This document shows, piece after piece, positions 19,188 through 27,638 of a stretch of 64,000 nucleotides of DNA; the first letter of the stretch is position 1; each line of letters starts with the position of its first letter. A program made the translations under genes and the position numbers. This DNA is from an uncultured Acidobacteriota bacterium (lineage in GTDB: Bacteria; Acidobacteriota; Terriglobia; Terriglobales; Acidobacteriaceae). The stretch is from the NCBI GenBank assembly GCA_963703735.1, contig CAVPFM010000007.1, positions 52,723-116,722 of the forward strand, read 5' to 3'. Below the pieces are notes generated by a model. It was not told the DNA's origin and ran no database searches. It saw nothing but the letters and a program-made list of their open reading frames with translations.

Positions 19188-19215
19188 TGTTAAAGGACGG
19201 TTACAAACGGGTAAA
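19188..19215 (-). promoter_or_regulatory. Candidate Pho box: three phased hexamers TTTACC-N5-GTAACC-N5-TTAACA
   Basis: Read on the minus strand, 49-76 nt upstream of the pstS ATG. Exact 6+5 (11-bp) phasing. The hexamers resemble the PhoP-type TT(A/T/C)ACA direct-repeat consensus. Confidence 0.5.
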
Positions 19216-19472
19216 TTTCTGATGAACGGGATGAGAATGAAAACGTGGAGAGTCAACCCTAGAAGAGATCTAATAGCTGGTGGATCTGCGAAGAAGTTTT
19301 CAGCCGGCAGCTTGGAGTCGAGCGGTGCATGGTCCCGATTTTGCCGGCGCTGCGCTCCACGTTAGTCACGCCCCACGTATGCTTGGATGACGACTTCAAT
19401 GGAATCACCACCAGCCTTGTAAAACACTTGTTTCTTTGACTGGGATACATTTGAGTTCGAGGATTGCGATCC

Positions 19473-21884
19473 ATGACTGATTCCCCCACCCGCTACGCTC
19501 CCGGATGGCCCGGTATTCCGCCGCGCTGGACCTCCAGCGCCAAGAGTGGTGTCGGCACGGCACTCAACCAGCACAGCAAAGTCTGGTTCACTTTAAGTCA
19601 CGGCATCCTGAATGAAGTCTATTTTCCCCGAGTGGACCAGGCATGTACGCGCGACATGGGATTCATCGTTACCGATGGCCGCGATTTTTTTTCGGAAGAA
19701 AAACGGAATTGCACACTCGAAAACCGCCCGGTGGAACCCGGCATTCCGGCGTATGAAATGATCAACAGCTGCAACTCGGGACGCTACCGCATTCACAAAG
19801 AAGTGCTGACCGATCCCTTCCGCAACGTGGTTCTGCAAAAAGTCCGCTTCGAGCCCCTGACCGGTCAACTGTCCGACTACCACTTATTTGCCTTGCTCTC
19901 GCCTCATCTGGCCAACTTCGGAAATGGCAATACGGGATGGATCGGCGACTACAAAGGCTACCCCATGTTCTTCGCCCAGCACGACGGAGCGACCTTGAGT
20001 CTGGCTTCGTCGACGCCGTGGAAAAAGATGTCCGTCGGCTTTGTCGGAGCCTCCGACGGCTGGCAGGACCTCTCGCAGCACTTCAAGATGGAGTGGGAAT
20101 ATACGCGCGCGGAGAACGGCAACATTGCCTTCACCGGAGAAATTGACCTCGCTGCCTGCAACGGCGAGTTCATCCTTGCTCTTGGCTTCGGCGCGATCTG
20201 GACCGAGGCCGGGCAACAATCCCGCTCAGCCCTGTTTGAGGACTACAACGAAATTCGCCTGCAGTACATCACGCAATGGAGCAACTGGCAAACCAAGCTG
20301 CTAAAGCTCGACCAGCCCTTACGGCAAAATGATTTATATCGCGCGTCCACGGCCGCCCTGCGAACGCACGAGTCCAAGGACTTTCTCGGCGGCATCATCG
20401 CCAGCCTTTCGATTCCGTGGGGATTCAACAAGGGCGACGAGGATCTCGGCGGATATCACCTCGTCTGGCCGCGCGACCTGGTTGAGACTGCGGGAGCGCT
20501 GTTGGCAGCCGGTGCGGTCAATGACGCGGTGCGTGTGCTCCGATACCTCGAGGCCACGCAGGAGGCAGACGGCAATTGGGCGCAGAATCTGTGGCTCGAT
20601 GGGCGACCTTACTGGAGCGGCATCCAGATGGATGAGACCGCCTTTCCCATTCTGCTGATCGATCTCCTCCGCCGCGAAGCGCCGGAAGCCTTGGGCAAGC
20701 TCGATCGCTGGTGGCCGATGGTCCACAACGCCGCGAGCTTCATCATCCGCAATGGCCCGGTCACGCAGCAAGATCGCTGGGAAGAAGACGCCGGCTATTC
20801 TCCGTTTACTCTCGCGGCAGAAATTTCAGCGCTGCTGGCTGGCGCCGATCTGGCGGATCTCACCGGGCATTCGGACCAGGCCCAAACCATGCGGGATGTC
20901 GCCGACGCGTGGAACGACAACATCGAACGTTGGGTTTATGCCAGTGGCGGCGACCTCGCGCAGCAACTCGGGGTGGAAGGATACTACGTACGGATCGCCC
21001 CTCCCGACACCGATGGCGCCGCATCGCCTACGGAGGGCTTCGTGCCGATCAAGAACCGTCCGCCGGGGCAGGACGGGGAGCGCGCCTACCATATCATCAG
21101 CCCCGATGCACTGGCACTAGTTCGCTTCGGCTTGCGTGCGCCCGACGATCCGCGGATTCTCAACACGCTTCGTGCGATTGATGCGCTTCTTGCTGTCCAA
21201 CTTCCGCAGGGGCCGTGCTGGTATCGCTACAACGGCGACGGTTATGGAGAGCACAAAGACGGCTCTGCCTTCGACGGGACCGGCATCGGCCGCGCCTGGC
21301 CGCTGCTCGCCGGAGAGCGCGGTCATTACTCTTTGGCTGCCGGACATCGCGATGAAGCCGTGGCGCTGCTTACCGTGATGGAAAATTCGACTGCCGGACA
21401 TAGCCGCTTGCTTCCCGAGCAGGTTTGGGATGCGGCCGATATTCCGGCGCTCGAACTCTTCCGTGGCAAGCCAACCGGCTCGGCGTGCCCGCTAGTGTGG
21501 GCGCATTCCGAATACATCAAGCTGCGCCGCTCGATTCGCGACGGCAAAATCTTCGACCAGCCCCCGCAAACCGTGAAGCGATATCTGATCGATAAACATG
21601 TGCGACAAATCTTCGGTTGGAGATTTAATAACAAGACGCGTTCAATTCCGCGGAACAAGACGCTCCGCATCGTGATGCTCTCTCCCGCGCGCGTGCACTG
21701 GAGTGTCGACGACTGGAAGACGGCGCACGACACCGACACCCGCGATACGGGACTCGGAATCCATGTCCTCGACCTGCCGACCGCGTCTCTGCCGGTGGGA
21801 GCTCAGGCGATCTTCACGTTTTTCTGGTCGGAAGAAAATCGATGGGAAGGTACGGACTATCTTGTTACGGTCGAAAAGAACTGA
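19473..21884 (+). CDS. GH15 glucoamylase/glucodextranase-type glycoside hydrolase
   Basis: Start re-set to the ATG at 19473, with GAGGA 9 nt upstream; the track start at 19464 is TTG. N-terminal beta-sandwich domain followed by an (alpha/alpha)6 catalytic domain. Motifs LWPRDL, WEEDAGYSPFTLAA and LLPEQVWD. Confidence 0.85.
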   Translation: MTDSPTRYAPGWPGIPPRWTSSAKSGVGTALNQHSKVWFTLSHGILNEVYFPRVDQACTRDMGFIVTDGRDFFSEEKRNCTLENRPVEPGIPAYEMINSCNSGRYRIHKEVLTDPFRNVVLQKVRFEPLTGQLSDYHLFALLSPHLANFGNGNTGWIGDYKGYPMFFAQHDGATLSLASSTPWKKMSVGFVGASDGWQDLSQHFKMEWEYTRAENGNIAFTGEIDLAACNGEFILALGFGAIWTEAGQQSRSALFEDYNEIRLQYITQWSNWQTKLLKLDQPLRQNDLYRASTAALRTHESKDFLGGIIASLSIPWGFNKGDEDLGGYHLVWPRDLVETAGALLAAGAVNDAVRVLRYLEATQEADGNWAQNLWLDGRPYWSGIQMDETAFPILLIDLLRREAPEALGKLDRWWPMVHNAASFIIRNGPVTQQDRWEEDAGYSPFTLAAEISALLAGADLADLTGHSDQAQTMRDVADAWNDNIERWVYASGGDLAQQLGVEGYYVRIAPPDTDGAASPTEGFVPIKNRPPGQDGERAYHIISPDALALVRFGLRAPDDPRILNTLRAIDALLAVQLPQGPCWYRYNGDGYGEHKDGSAFDGTGIGRAWPLLAGERGHYSLAAGHRDEAVALLTVMENSTAGHSRLLPEQVWDAADIPALELFRGKPTGSACPLVWAHSEYIKLRRSIRDGKIFDQPPQTVKRYLIDKHVRQIFGWRFNNKTRSIPRNKTLRIVMLSPARVHWSVDDWKTAHDTDTRDTGLGIHVLDLPTASLPVGAQAIFTFFWSEENRWEGTDYLVTVEKN

Positions 21885-21907
21885 AAGGATTCGACGCTCG
21901 ACTGACT

Positions 21908-21983
21908 CCACGAAGAACATGAAGCGGCAGGAAGGAAACGGCGGAGAAAGGCAGTCCTTCGTGAGACTTCGTGTCCTTCGTGG
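21908..21983. repeat. Inverted/direct repeat cluster: CCACGAAG ... 3x CTTCGTG
   Basis: CCACGAAG at 21908-21915. CTTCGTG at 21957-63, 21967-73 and 21976-82(+G). Lies between the convergent GH15 and PP2C genes. Confidence 0.6.
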
Positions 21984-21995
21984 TTAACAGGATTT

Positions 21996-23684
21996 CTATG
22001 AAAGCTCAGGGTCGGAATAGCACAATTCCACGACGGTGCAATCGTCGCTCAACGGATTCCCCGCGCAAAATTCAGTAACTGCGGAAAATATGCCTTCCAG
22101 CGTCGGCGACTTGGCGGCAGCCGCCTCCAACCGGAAGTCTTCAAAAAAATCTCCCATCGCGTTTTCCGCTTCCGTCACTCCGTCCGTTACGAGGATGAAG
22201 CGGTCGCCGGACCGCATCTGACAGGTCGAACTTTCAAATGTCGCATCCGGCAGCAATCCAACAGGAACATTGCCGTGCGGAGGGCGTATGACCTCGCCGG
22301 CGCAAACCAGCAGAGGAGGCACGTGGCCGCAATTCACGTATTCGAGTTCGCCATCGCGCCGTAGCCGTACCAGCAGCACAGTCGCATATTTTTCACCCAC
22401 CAGCTTGTCGGTAAAGAAGCGGTTCACCGCCGAAACCACATCGAGCAACGGCATTCCGGCGGTCAAATGCGAATAGATCATTCCCTGCAGCGTAGAAGCC
22501 AGTAGCGCTGCCGAAACTCCCTTGCCACTGACGTCCGCCAACACCACGGCCAAGCCCTCTTTGGTATTCACTGCATCAAAGAAGTCGCCACCAATTTCTT
22601 TGCAAGACAAGTTCTTGCCGCGCAGCTGCGCAAATGGCACTTCTGGAATCTTCACTTGCATCAGCCGCTGCTGGATGCTGGCCGCAATGCCCAACTCCTG
22701 CTGGTAACGCCGGGCCTCTTCTTCCGCTTGCACAAGGCGCGCATTCTCGATGAGCGACGCAGCTTCTGTCGCGATCGCGTGCAAAATGTCGTGGCCGACC
22801 CCGCTGATATCGCGGGAAGCAAAGCGCGAGTCGACGTACAAAACACCCATCGCCTGCGCCGCGTTCGCTCCGGGCAGAGGCGTCTGCGCATCGCGCGTCG
22901 CTTGCACCTGCATTTTGCGCAGCGGAATGCACACCACCGTCCGCAGATCGTAGGCGACTATACTCTGCCGGCCGGCCATATCGAGCGACTGGCTCGTGTC
23001 GGTCAGCAGAAACTCCGAATTCGCCCGCATCGATTCTTCCAGGATGGAGTGCGAAATCGTCTTGTCGTCGAGCAGCGGTTCCTTCTTGGCATTGCGCCCG
23101 GCCGCCAGCCGCAGCTTCCCTTCTTCGTCCTTCAGGAAGACGTAGGCGCGTTCCGCCCGCGTCAGTTGCAAGGTAACGTCCAGCATGGTGATCAGAATCT
23201 CATCCAGCACCCCCGCCGTATTTAACTTGCGCGCTGCTTCGAGGAACCAACGGAGGGTTTCAAGTTCCGTGGTTTCTGGCTTGATGCCGATGCCGGAAAT
23301 CTGGCTGAGAAATTCTCTCGCTGTGTTCGAAGTGGCATGCGCCGGGTTGAACAGGATGTAGGCCGAGTCGCGCGCGCCAAACTCAAGCCGGTCGCCGCGT
23401 TCCAGCTTCTGACGCTGGATCCGCTCCCCATTAACGAACGTGCCGTGTTTGCTTCCGAGATCGACCAGGAAGAATTCCTGGCCCTCCTGCATGATCTGTG
23501 CGTGATCGCGCGAGACTCGCGGGTCGGCGATGACCAGGTCTTTGTCCACCTTCCGCCCCACCGTAAAGGGCGTGCGGTTCAGGACAATGTTTTTCTGTTC
23601 GCTGCCCTGGACAAACACAAGGGCGGGAAAAACTCCGGATCCGGAGCCGTGATGGCTGTGATGACTGATTGTATTCAGGGCCAT
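21996..23684 (-). CDS. FHA - GAF - PP2C/SpoIIE-type serine/threonine phosphatase
   Basis: 562 aa. FHA domain (FTVGRKVDKDLVIADPRVSRDHAQI...GSKHGTFVNG). GAF domain (LTRAERAYVFLKDEEGKLRLAAGRN). PPM domain (GGDFFD, LADVSGKGVSAALL, NCGHVPP, LVTDGVTEA). Confidence 0.88.
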   Translation of the reverse strand: MALNTISHHSHHGSGSGVFPALVFVQGSEQKNIVLNRTPFTVGRKVDKDLVIADPRVSRDHAQIMQEGQEFFLVDLGSKHGTFVNGERIQRQKLERGDRLEFGARDSAYILFNPAHATSNTAREFLSQISGIGIKPETTELETLRWFLEAARKLNTAGVLDEILITMLDVTLQLTRAERAYVFLKDEEGKLRLAAGRNAKKEPLLDDKTISHSILEESMRANSEFLLTDTSQSLDMAGRQSIVAYDLRTVVCIPLRKMQVQATRDAQTPLPGANAAQAMGVLYVDSRFASRDISGVGHDILHAIATEAASLIENARLVQAEEEARRYQQELGIAASIQQRLMQVKIPEVPFAQLRGKNLSCKEIGGDFFDAVNTKEGLAVVLADVSGKGVSAALLASTLQGMIYSHLTAGMPLLDVVSAVNRFFTDKLVGEKYATVLLVRLRRDGELEYVNCGHVPPLLVCAGEVIRPPHGNVPVGLLPDATFESSTCQMRSGDRFILVTDGVTEAENAMGDFFEDFRLEAAAAKSPTLEGIFSAVTEFCAGNPLSDDCTVVELCYSDPELS

Positions 23685-23759
23685 GAAAGGTCAGTCGGCG
23701 CGCTGTTCCCCCCGGCCAACCAGCAGCGCTCCGGGGCCACATCTCTCGCAGCCAACAGA

Positions 23760-25061
23760 CTACTCTGCCGCCGCGTCCTGCCGCAAGATGCGCTGCCCCA
23801 GCACAACGCTCCTGGTCACTAGCAGCAACGCTAAGACTAGGACTGGAATGGCAAAGTTTGAGTACAGAGGCAGCGCCCACAATGCCTGCAAACCCGACGC
23901 CGGTAGGAACAGCAACGCAGTCGCCAGTAACGCGGCCCCAATCCAGGGCAAAAACACTGCCAGCGCTGTCACCACAACTAGGAGCCGCGAGAGTCGGTTC
24001 GTCCGCCACAAATCTCCGATCGAGCGCACGATCAACATCACCGCCGGAATCAAAAGGAGCTGGTTGTATGGCGCGAACATCGGAATCACCACAAGCGTGA
24101 CGGCGAGAGCCAGAGAAACGGACCATTGGAAGTCTGCCGAGCCCTCAGGCGCCTTCCTTACCCGCCAAGTTAATAAGATAAAGGCGCCGACGAGAATCAT
24201 TGATAGGACCCTGCCCCACGCTGGAGTCAGGGCGACGTCGAGCACCGACTTTCCCCCGCCCGTGTACTGGTAATACGCAGCACAAGCCGCTCGAAATTCG
24301 TGGATCCATCCTGGTAATGCAGCTTCACCCGCAACCACGAGCGCTGCCAAAGTCAGGATGAAACTCCAAAGCGCACGCTGCCGGTCGCGCCAGTTACCAA
24401 CCACCCAAATGCACAGCCAGAGAGCCGGCAATGCCGACAGTTGTGGCTTGACGGTGGCAACAGCTAACAGGATCCCGGCCCAGATAAACTGCCGCCGAGC
24501 GAGGGCGCACATCGCGGCTGCCAGCAACGCCGCGACCAACACCGAAAGTTGTTGCAACTTCAGTCCTTGAATGGCCGGGAAGCAACTCAATGCGAGCAGT
24601 ATCCATTCGAACTTCCCCAGCCACGAAACGCGCCATCCGATCGCCTCCAACCAGAGCAGCGCGGATACAATCGTGATTGCCAAGAACATCCAGAAGAAGA
24701 CCGTATGCACGATTGAGAAAGGCAATCCTATCGTCGGCGCCAGCAAGAACACGACGTACAGCGGGTAAGCAAATGCCTGCTGGTCTTTGGGATCGTTCGG
24801 CCGCGCCGGATCCAGCGGGCGTCCGTAGTAGCCAATTTGAATCTCACGCGTGATGTCGGCCCCATACGGGTCGCGCCGGTGCCGCAGCAACTCCCGCGCG
24901 CCCAGCCATCGCGGATAAAGGTCGGAAAGATTTCCCCGAGGCCTCTGCTTCGCCAGTTCGTCCGCCCGCTGATGAGGAATCAAGATCAGTTGGACGTAGA
25001 GCCACATGCTGCCCGCAGCAAACAGCGCCAACAAAAGACCGAGTTTTGATCGACTCCCCAT
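23760..25061 (-). CDS. Polytopic membrane protein, DUF2029/GT87-like glycosyltransferase
   Basis: About 12 TM segments; ATVKPQ loop motif. Start set to the ATG at 25061 (MGSRSKLGLLL...) to avoid overlap with the divergent neighbour. The track start at 25124 is also possible. Confidence 0.6.
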   Translation of the reverse strand: MGSRSKLGLLLALFAAGSMWLYVQLILIPHQRADELAKQRPRGNLSDLYPRWLGARELLRHRRDPYGADITREIQIGYYGRPLDPARPNDPKDQQAFAYPLYVVFLLAPTIGLPFSIVHTVFFWMFLAITIVSALLWLEAIGWRVSWLGKFEWILLALSCFPAIQGLKLQQLSVLVAALLAAAMCALARRQFIWAGILLAVATVKPQLSALPALWLCIWVVGNWRDRQRALWSFILTLAALVVAGEAALPGWIHEFRAACAAYYQYTGGGKSVLDVALTPAWGRVLSMILVGAFILLTWRVRKAPEGSADFQWSVSLALAVTLVVIPMFAPYNQLLLIPAVMLIVRSIGDLWRTNRLSRLLVVVTALAVFLPWIGAALLATALLFLPASGLQALWALPLYSNFAIPVLVLALLLVTRSVVLGQRILRQDAAAE

Positions 25062-25101
25062 GTTCTGCAGCGTGTGGGCCCTACTAGAGAAGCGCGGACC
25101 C

Positions 25102-26055
25102 ATGTTACAACTTATGCTTCCCATGCCAGAGACGCGACCCCGTCTGCTGATCTCGACCGCTCTCGGCCTCGCGACCGGGCTGTTCTGCTGGTTCCTAATG
25201 GTCCGCCTTCATCAAGGCAGCGCGGATTTTTCGTGGGCCATTCGCGCCGCCCGCGACTTGCTCGCAAGACGGAATCCATACGACACTCCCTACCAACTCT
25301 ATCCTCTCTCCTCCGCCCTGTTCGGACTGCCATTCGTTCGGATGAGCCCTGAAATCGCCGCGGGAATCTTCTATGGACTCAGCACCGCGCTGCTCGCCTT
25401 CGGAATCTCGCGGCACGGATATCACCGGCTGCTGATTTTTCTTGCGTACCCGTACTGGGCGGGAATGTTGACCGCGCAATGGATTCCGCTCCTCATGGCG
25501 AGCGCGTTCTTTTCGCTTTTGCTACCCGTCACTCTTGCAAAACCACAGATCGGGCTCCCCGTTGCGCTGACTCACCTTGACCGGAAGGGCGCAGTCGCAT
25601 GTCTGGTGGTCCTGCTTTTGAGTTTCCTGATCATGCCGCACTGGGTTTCTCTGTGGCTGGCTCAACTGGGACGTTACGCGCGCTTCATCCCTCTACTCGT
25701 CCTTCCTGGGCCGCTGCTGGCAGCGGTATTGCTTCGCTATCGGGATCGGGATGCCTGGCTTCTGTTTCTCGGAGCGTGCATGCCGCAGCGGTGGTTCTAC
25801 GATCCGTTTTACTTGTGGCTGATCCCGAGAACTCGACGACAGATTGTCTACACGGCGAGCTTGAGCTGGATCCCAGGAATATGGCGGTGGTACCACGCCC
25901 CGCGCGATTTCACCGAAGTCGGCCGCTGGACGGTACTGTGGCTGTACTTGCCAATGCTAGTGGTCTTGCTGTTGCGGGAGACATCGCCAGACAACACACC
26001 AGGCCTAGAAGCACAAGAGCAAACAGATTCTCGTGCGAGTAGTGCAACGTCATAA
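25102..26055 (+). CDS. Polytopic membrane protein, smaller DUF2029-like paralogue
   Basis: About 9 TM segments; TLAKPQIG motif. The start is ambiguous (ATG at 25006, 25060, 25102, 25114 or 25123). I chose 25102, just before the basic stretch and the first TM segment. Confidence 0.55.
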   Translation: MLQLMLPMPETRPRLLISTALGLATGLFCWFLMVRLHQGSADFSWAIRAARDLLARRNPYDTPYQLYPLSSALFGLPFVRMSPEIAAGIFYGLSTALLAFGISRHGYHRLLIFLAYPYWAGMLTAQWIPLLMASAFFSLLLPVTLAKPQIGLPVALTHLDRKGAVACLVVLLLSFLIMPHWVSLWLAQLGRYARFIPLLVLPGPLLAAVLLRYRDRDAWLLFLGACMPQRWFYDPFYLWLIPRTRRQIVYTASLSWIPGIWRWYHAPRDFTEVGRWTVLWLYLPMLVVLLLRETSPDNTPGLEAQEQTDSRASSATS

Positions 26056-27202
26056 TCAGGTAGAGTGGCGTGAAAAACATGAGGGCCAGAACGACTTCGA
26101 GTCGTTTGGTGCCCGCCCCGAGTCGCTGAGACTGCTCTCCCAAGATACCGTCCACCGTAACCAAAACGGGCAGCAGCAGAATGCTCATGTCGTGGTTGTA
26201 GCTGTGATAACCGACCAGGAATGTCGCCACCATCGCGATCGAGAAACCCTTGTTCCAGGCATCGACTTCTCGCAAGTTCTCCGGGCGCCAATAACGAGAC
26301 GCCCAAACCAGAAGTCCGACCGACACCGCAATCAAGACCAGTTGTAGCCACGCCGCAGGAGGCTTCAGCTCGCTCCATCCGGTGAACAGACCCCGCAGGT
26401 TCGGCATGTTTTCCGGGACGATCACGCCCGGCGGCTGTTGTCGATTGATCTGCAAAATATATCGCGGGTAGTAAAGCAGTTGCTTCCAACCGACAACTGC
26501 CCACGAAACGGCGAAGTCGAATCCCAGGCCAAGAAGCATCCCTCCCACGGCGCGCCAGCGGCGGCGCAACAGCAAAACGAACACAAACGGCAAAACCAGG
26601 TGGAACTTAAATAGCCCCAGGCCGAGAAAAACTCCCGCTCGCATGTCTCGCGCGCGGCGGAACGAGCCATAGGCCAGGCAATAGAGGACCAGCAACAGGA
26701 TGGAATCCTGCCCCTGCAGCAGAGCGTATGCCACCGGAAAGAAGGCTAACGGGGCCAGTATGAGCAACGAGCGGAACCCTGATTCAACTGTGGGGAGCCA
26801 CGGGCGCATCAGATATGCGCTCACGCCGATCAGTAGCAGATTCACGAGAAACCACAACAAATAGGCGCGAAGATACGGCAAATAGGTCATGCAGAGGAAT
26901 GGCACCGCTTCAAACGGAGGATGGTTGAAGGGCAAAGGATGGTCGCGAACGGCCGCGCCCGGGACAACTTCCCGCCAGGTTGCCCTTTGCGCATCGGCGC
27001 TGTATAGGACCGGGCCCCGATCCTGCCGGAGCATGAGTCCAGCCGTATAAAAGATGCTGAAATCGGGGGATCCGGCCTGAACCCGGTAACGGGCCAGCCA
27101 GAAAACCGCGCAATGCAGCGCGATCATTCCCAAACAAAACGACGTCAGCGCAAACCGGAGCTTGGGCCTGTCGGACATGAGGCGCGGTCGATTGTATCCC
27201 AC
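25910..27202 (-). CDS. Polytopic membrane protein, DUF2029/GT87-like glycosyltransferase
   Basis: 430 aa, about 12 TM segments. N-terminal region typical of the family (GSPDFSIFYTAG). The 3' end overlaps the convergent neighbour by 146 nt. Confidence 0.6.
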   Translation of the reverse strand: MGYNRPRLMSDRPKLRFALTSFCLGMIALHCAVFWLARYRVQAGSPDFSIFYTAGLMLRQDRGPVLYSADAQRATWREVVPGAAVRDHPLPFNHPPFEAVPFLCMTYLPYLRAYLLWFLVNLLLIGVSAYLMRPWLPTVESGFRSLLILAPLAFFPVAYALLQGQDSILLLVLYCLAYGSFRRARDMRAGVFLGLGLFKFHLVLPFVFVLLLRRRWRAVGGMLLGLGFDFAVSWAVVGWKQLLYYPRYILQINRQQPPGVIVPENMPNLRGLFTGWSELKPPAAWLQLVLIAVSVGLLVWASRYWRPENLREVDAWNKGFSIAMVATFLVGYHSYNHDMSILLLPVLVTVDGILGEQSQRLGAGTKRLEVVLALMFFTPLYLIMTLHYSHENLFALVLLGLVCCLAMSPATARPLALASTATVPSSGRLR

Positions 27203-27416
27203 AGGCGCCCGGCCGACCCCTCGGATTCCGGCCCTCCGAACCCCGGCACCGGATTGGTTACCGACAGTAATCCCGGGTGCAAGAATTTGTCACTTTATTC
27301 CGAGATGCAGGTATGATTACCGTAAGTCGAGTGGCGGCGAGCCCTAAATGAGGTCCCAGCTGGGCTCTCGAATACCATTCCTTATCGATCTCGAAAATGC
27401 AGTTAGGAGAAAACCA

Positions 27417-27584
27417 ATGATCCTTGAGGCAGCGCGTCAGCTTTGGTCCGAAGAGCAGGGGCAGGACATCGCCGAATATGCAGTCATGCTGGCGGTGATC
27501 CTGGTGATCGTCGTCGGAACGATCCGGTTAATCGGGTCCAACGCCAACAATGTGTTCTCCAACGTCGCCAGTTCGATTCAGTAG
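27417..27584 (+). CDS. flp: Flp family type IVb pilin
   Basis: Start re-set to the ATG at 27417, with AGGAGA 7 nt upstream. 55 aa. Flp motif G-QDIA-EY followed by the hydrophobic helix AVMLAVILVIVVGTI. Confidence 0.88.
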   Translation: MILEAARQLWSEEQGQDIAEYAVMLAVILVIVVGTIRLIGSNANNVFSNVASSIQ

Positions 27585-27638
27585 CGAATAAAAACGCCCA
27601 AGTTCGACGGAAGCAGTGACGCAGTTTAAGGAAATGGA

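Noticed and set aside
19259-19489. 76-aa minus-strand ORF and other short ORFs in the pstS/GH15 intergenic region.
   Set aside because: No SD sequence or recognisable motif. The ORF overlaps the GH15 start region and fits better as promoter/leader DNA.
27287-27317. Candidate sigma70-like promoter for flp (TTGTCA-19 nt-TATGAT).
   Set aside because: The 19-nt spacer is long, and acidobacterial promoter consensus is uncertain. This is too weak to annotate without transcription-start data.
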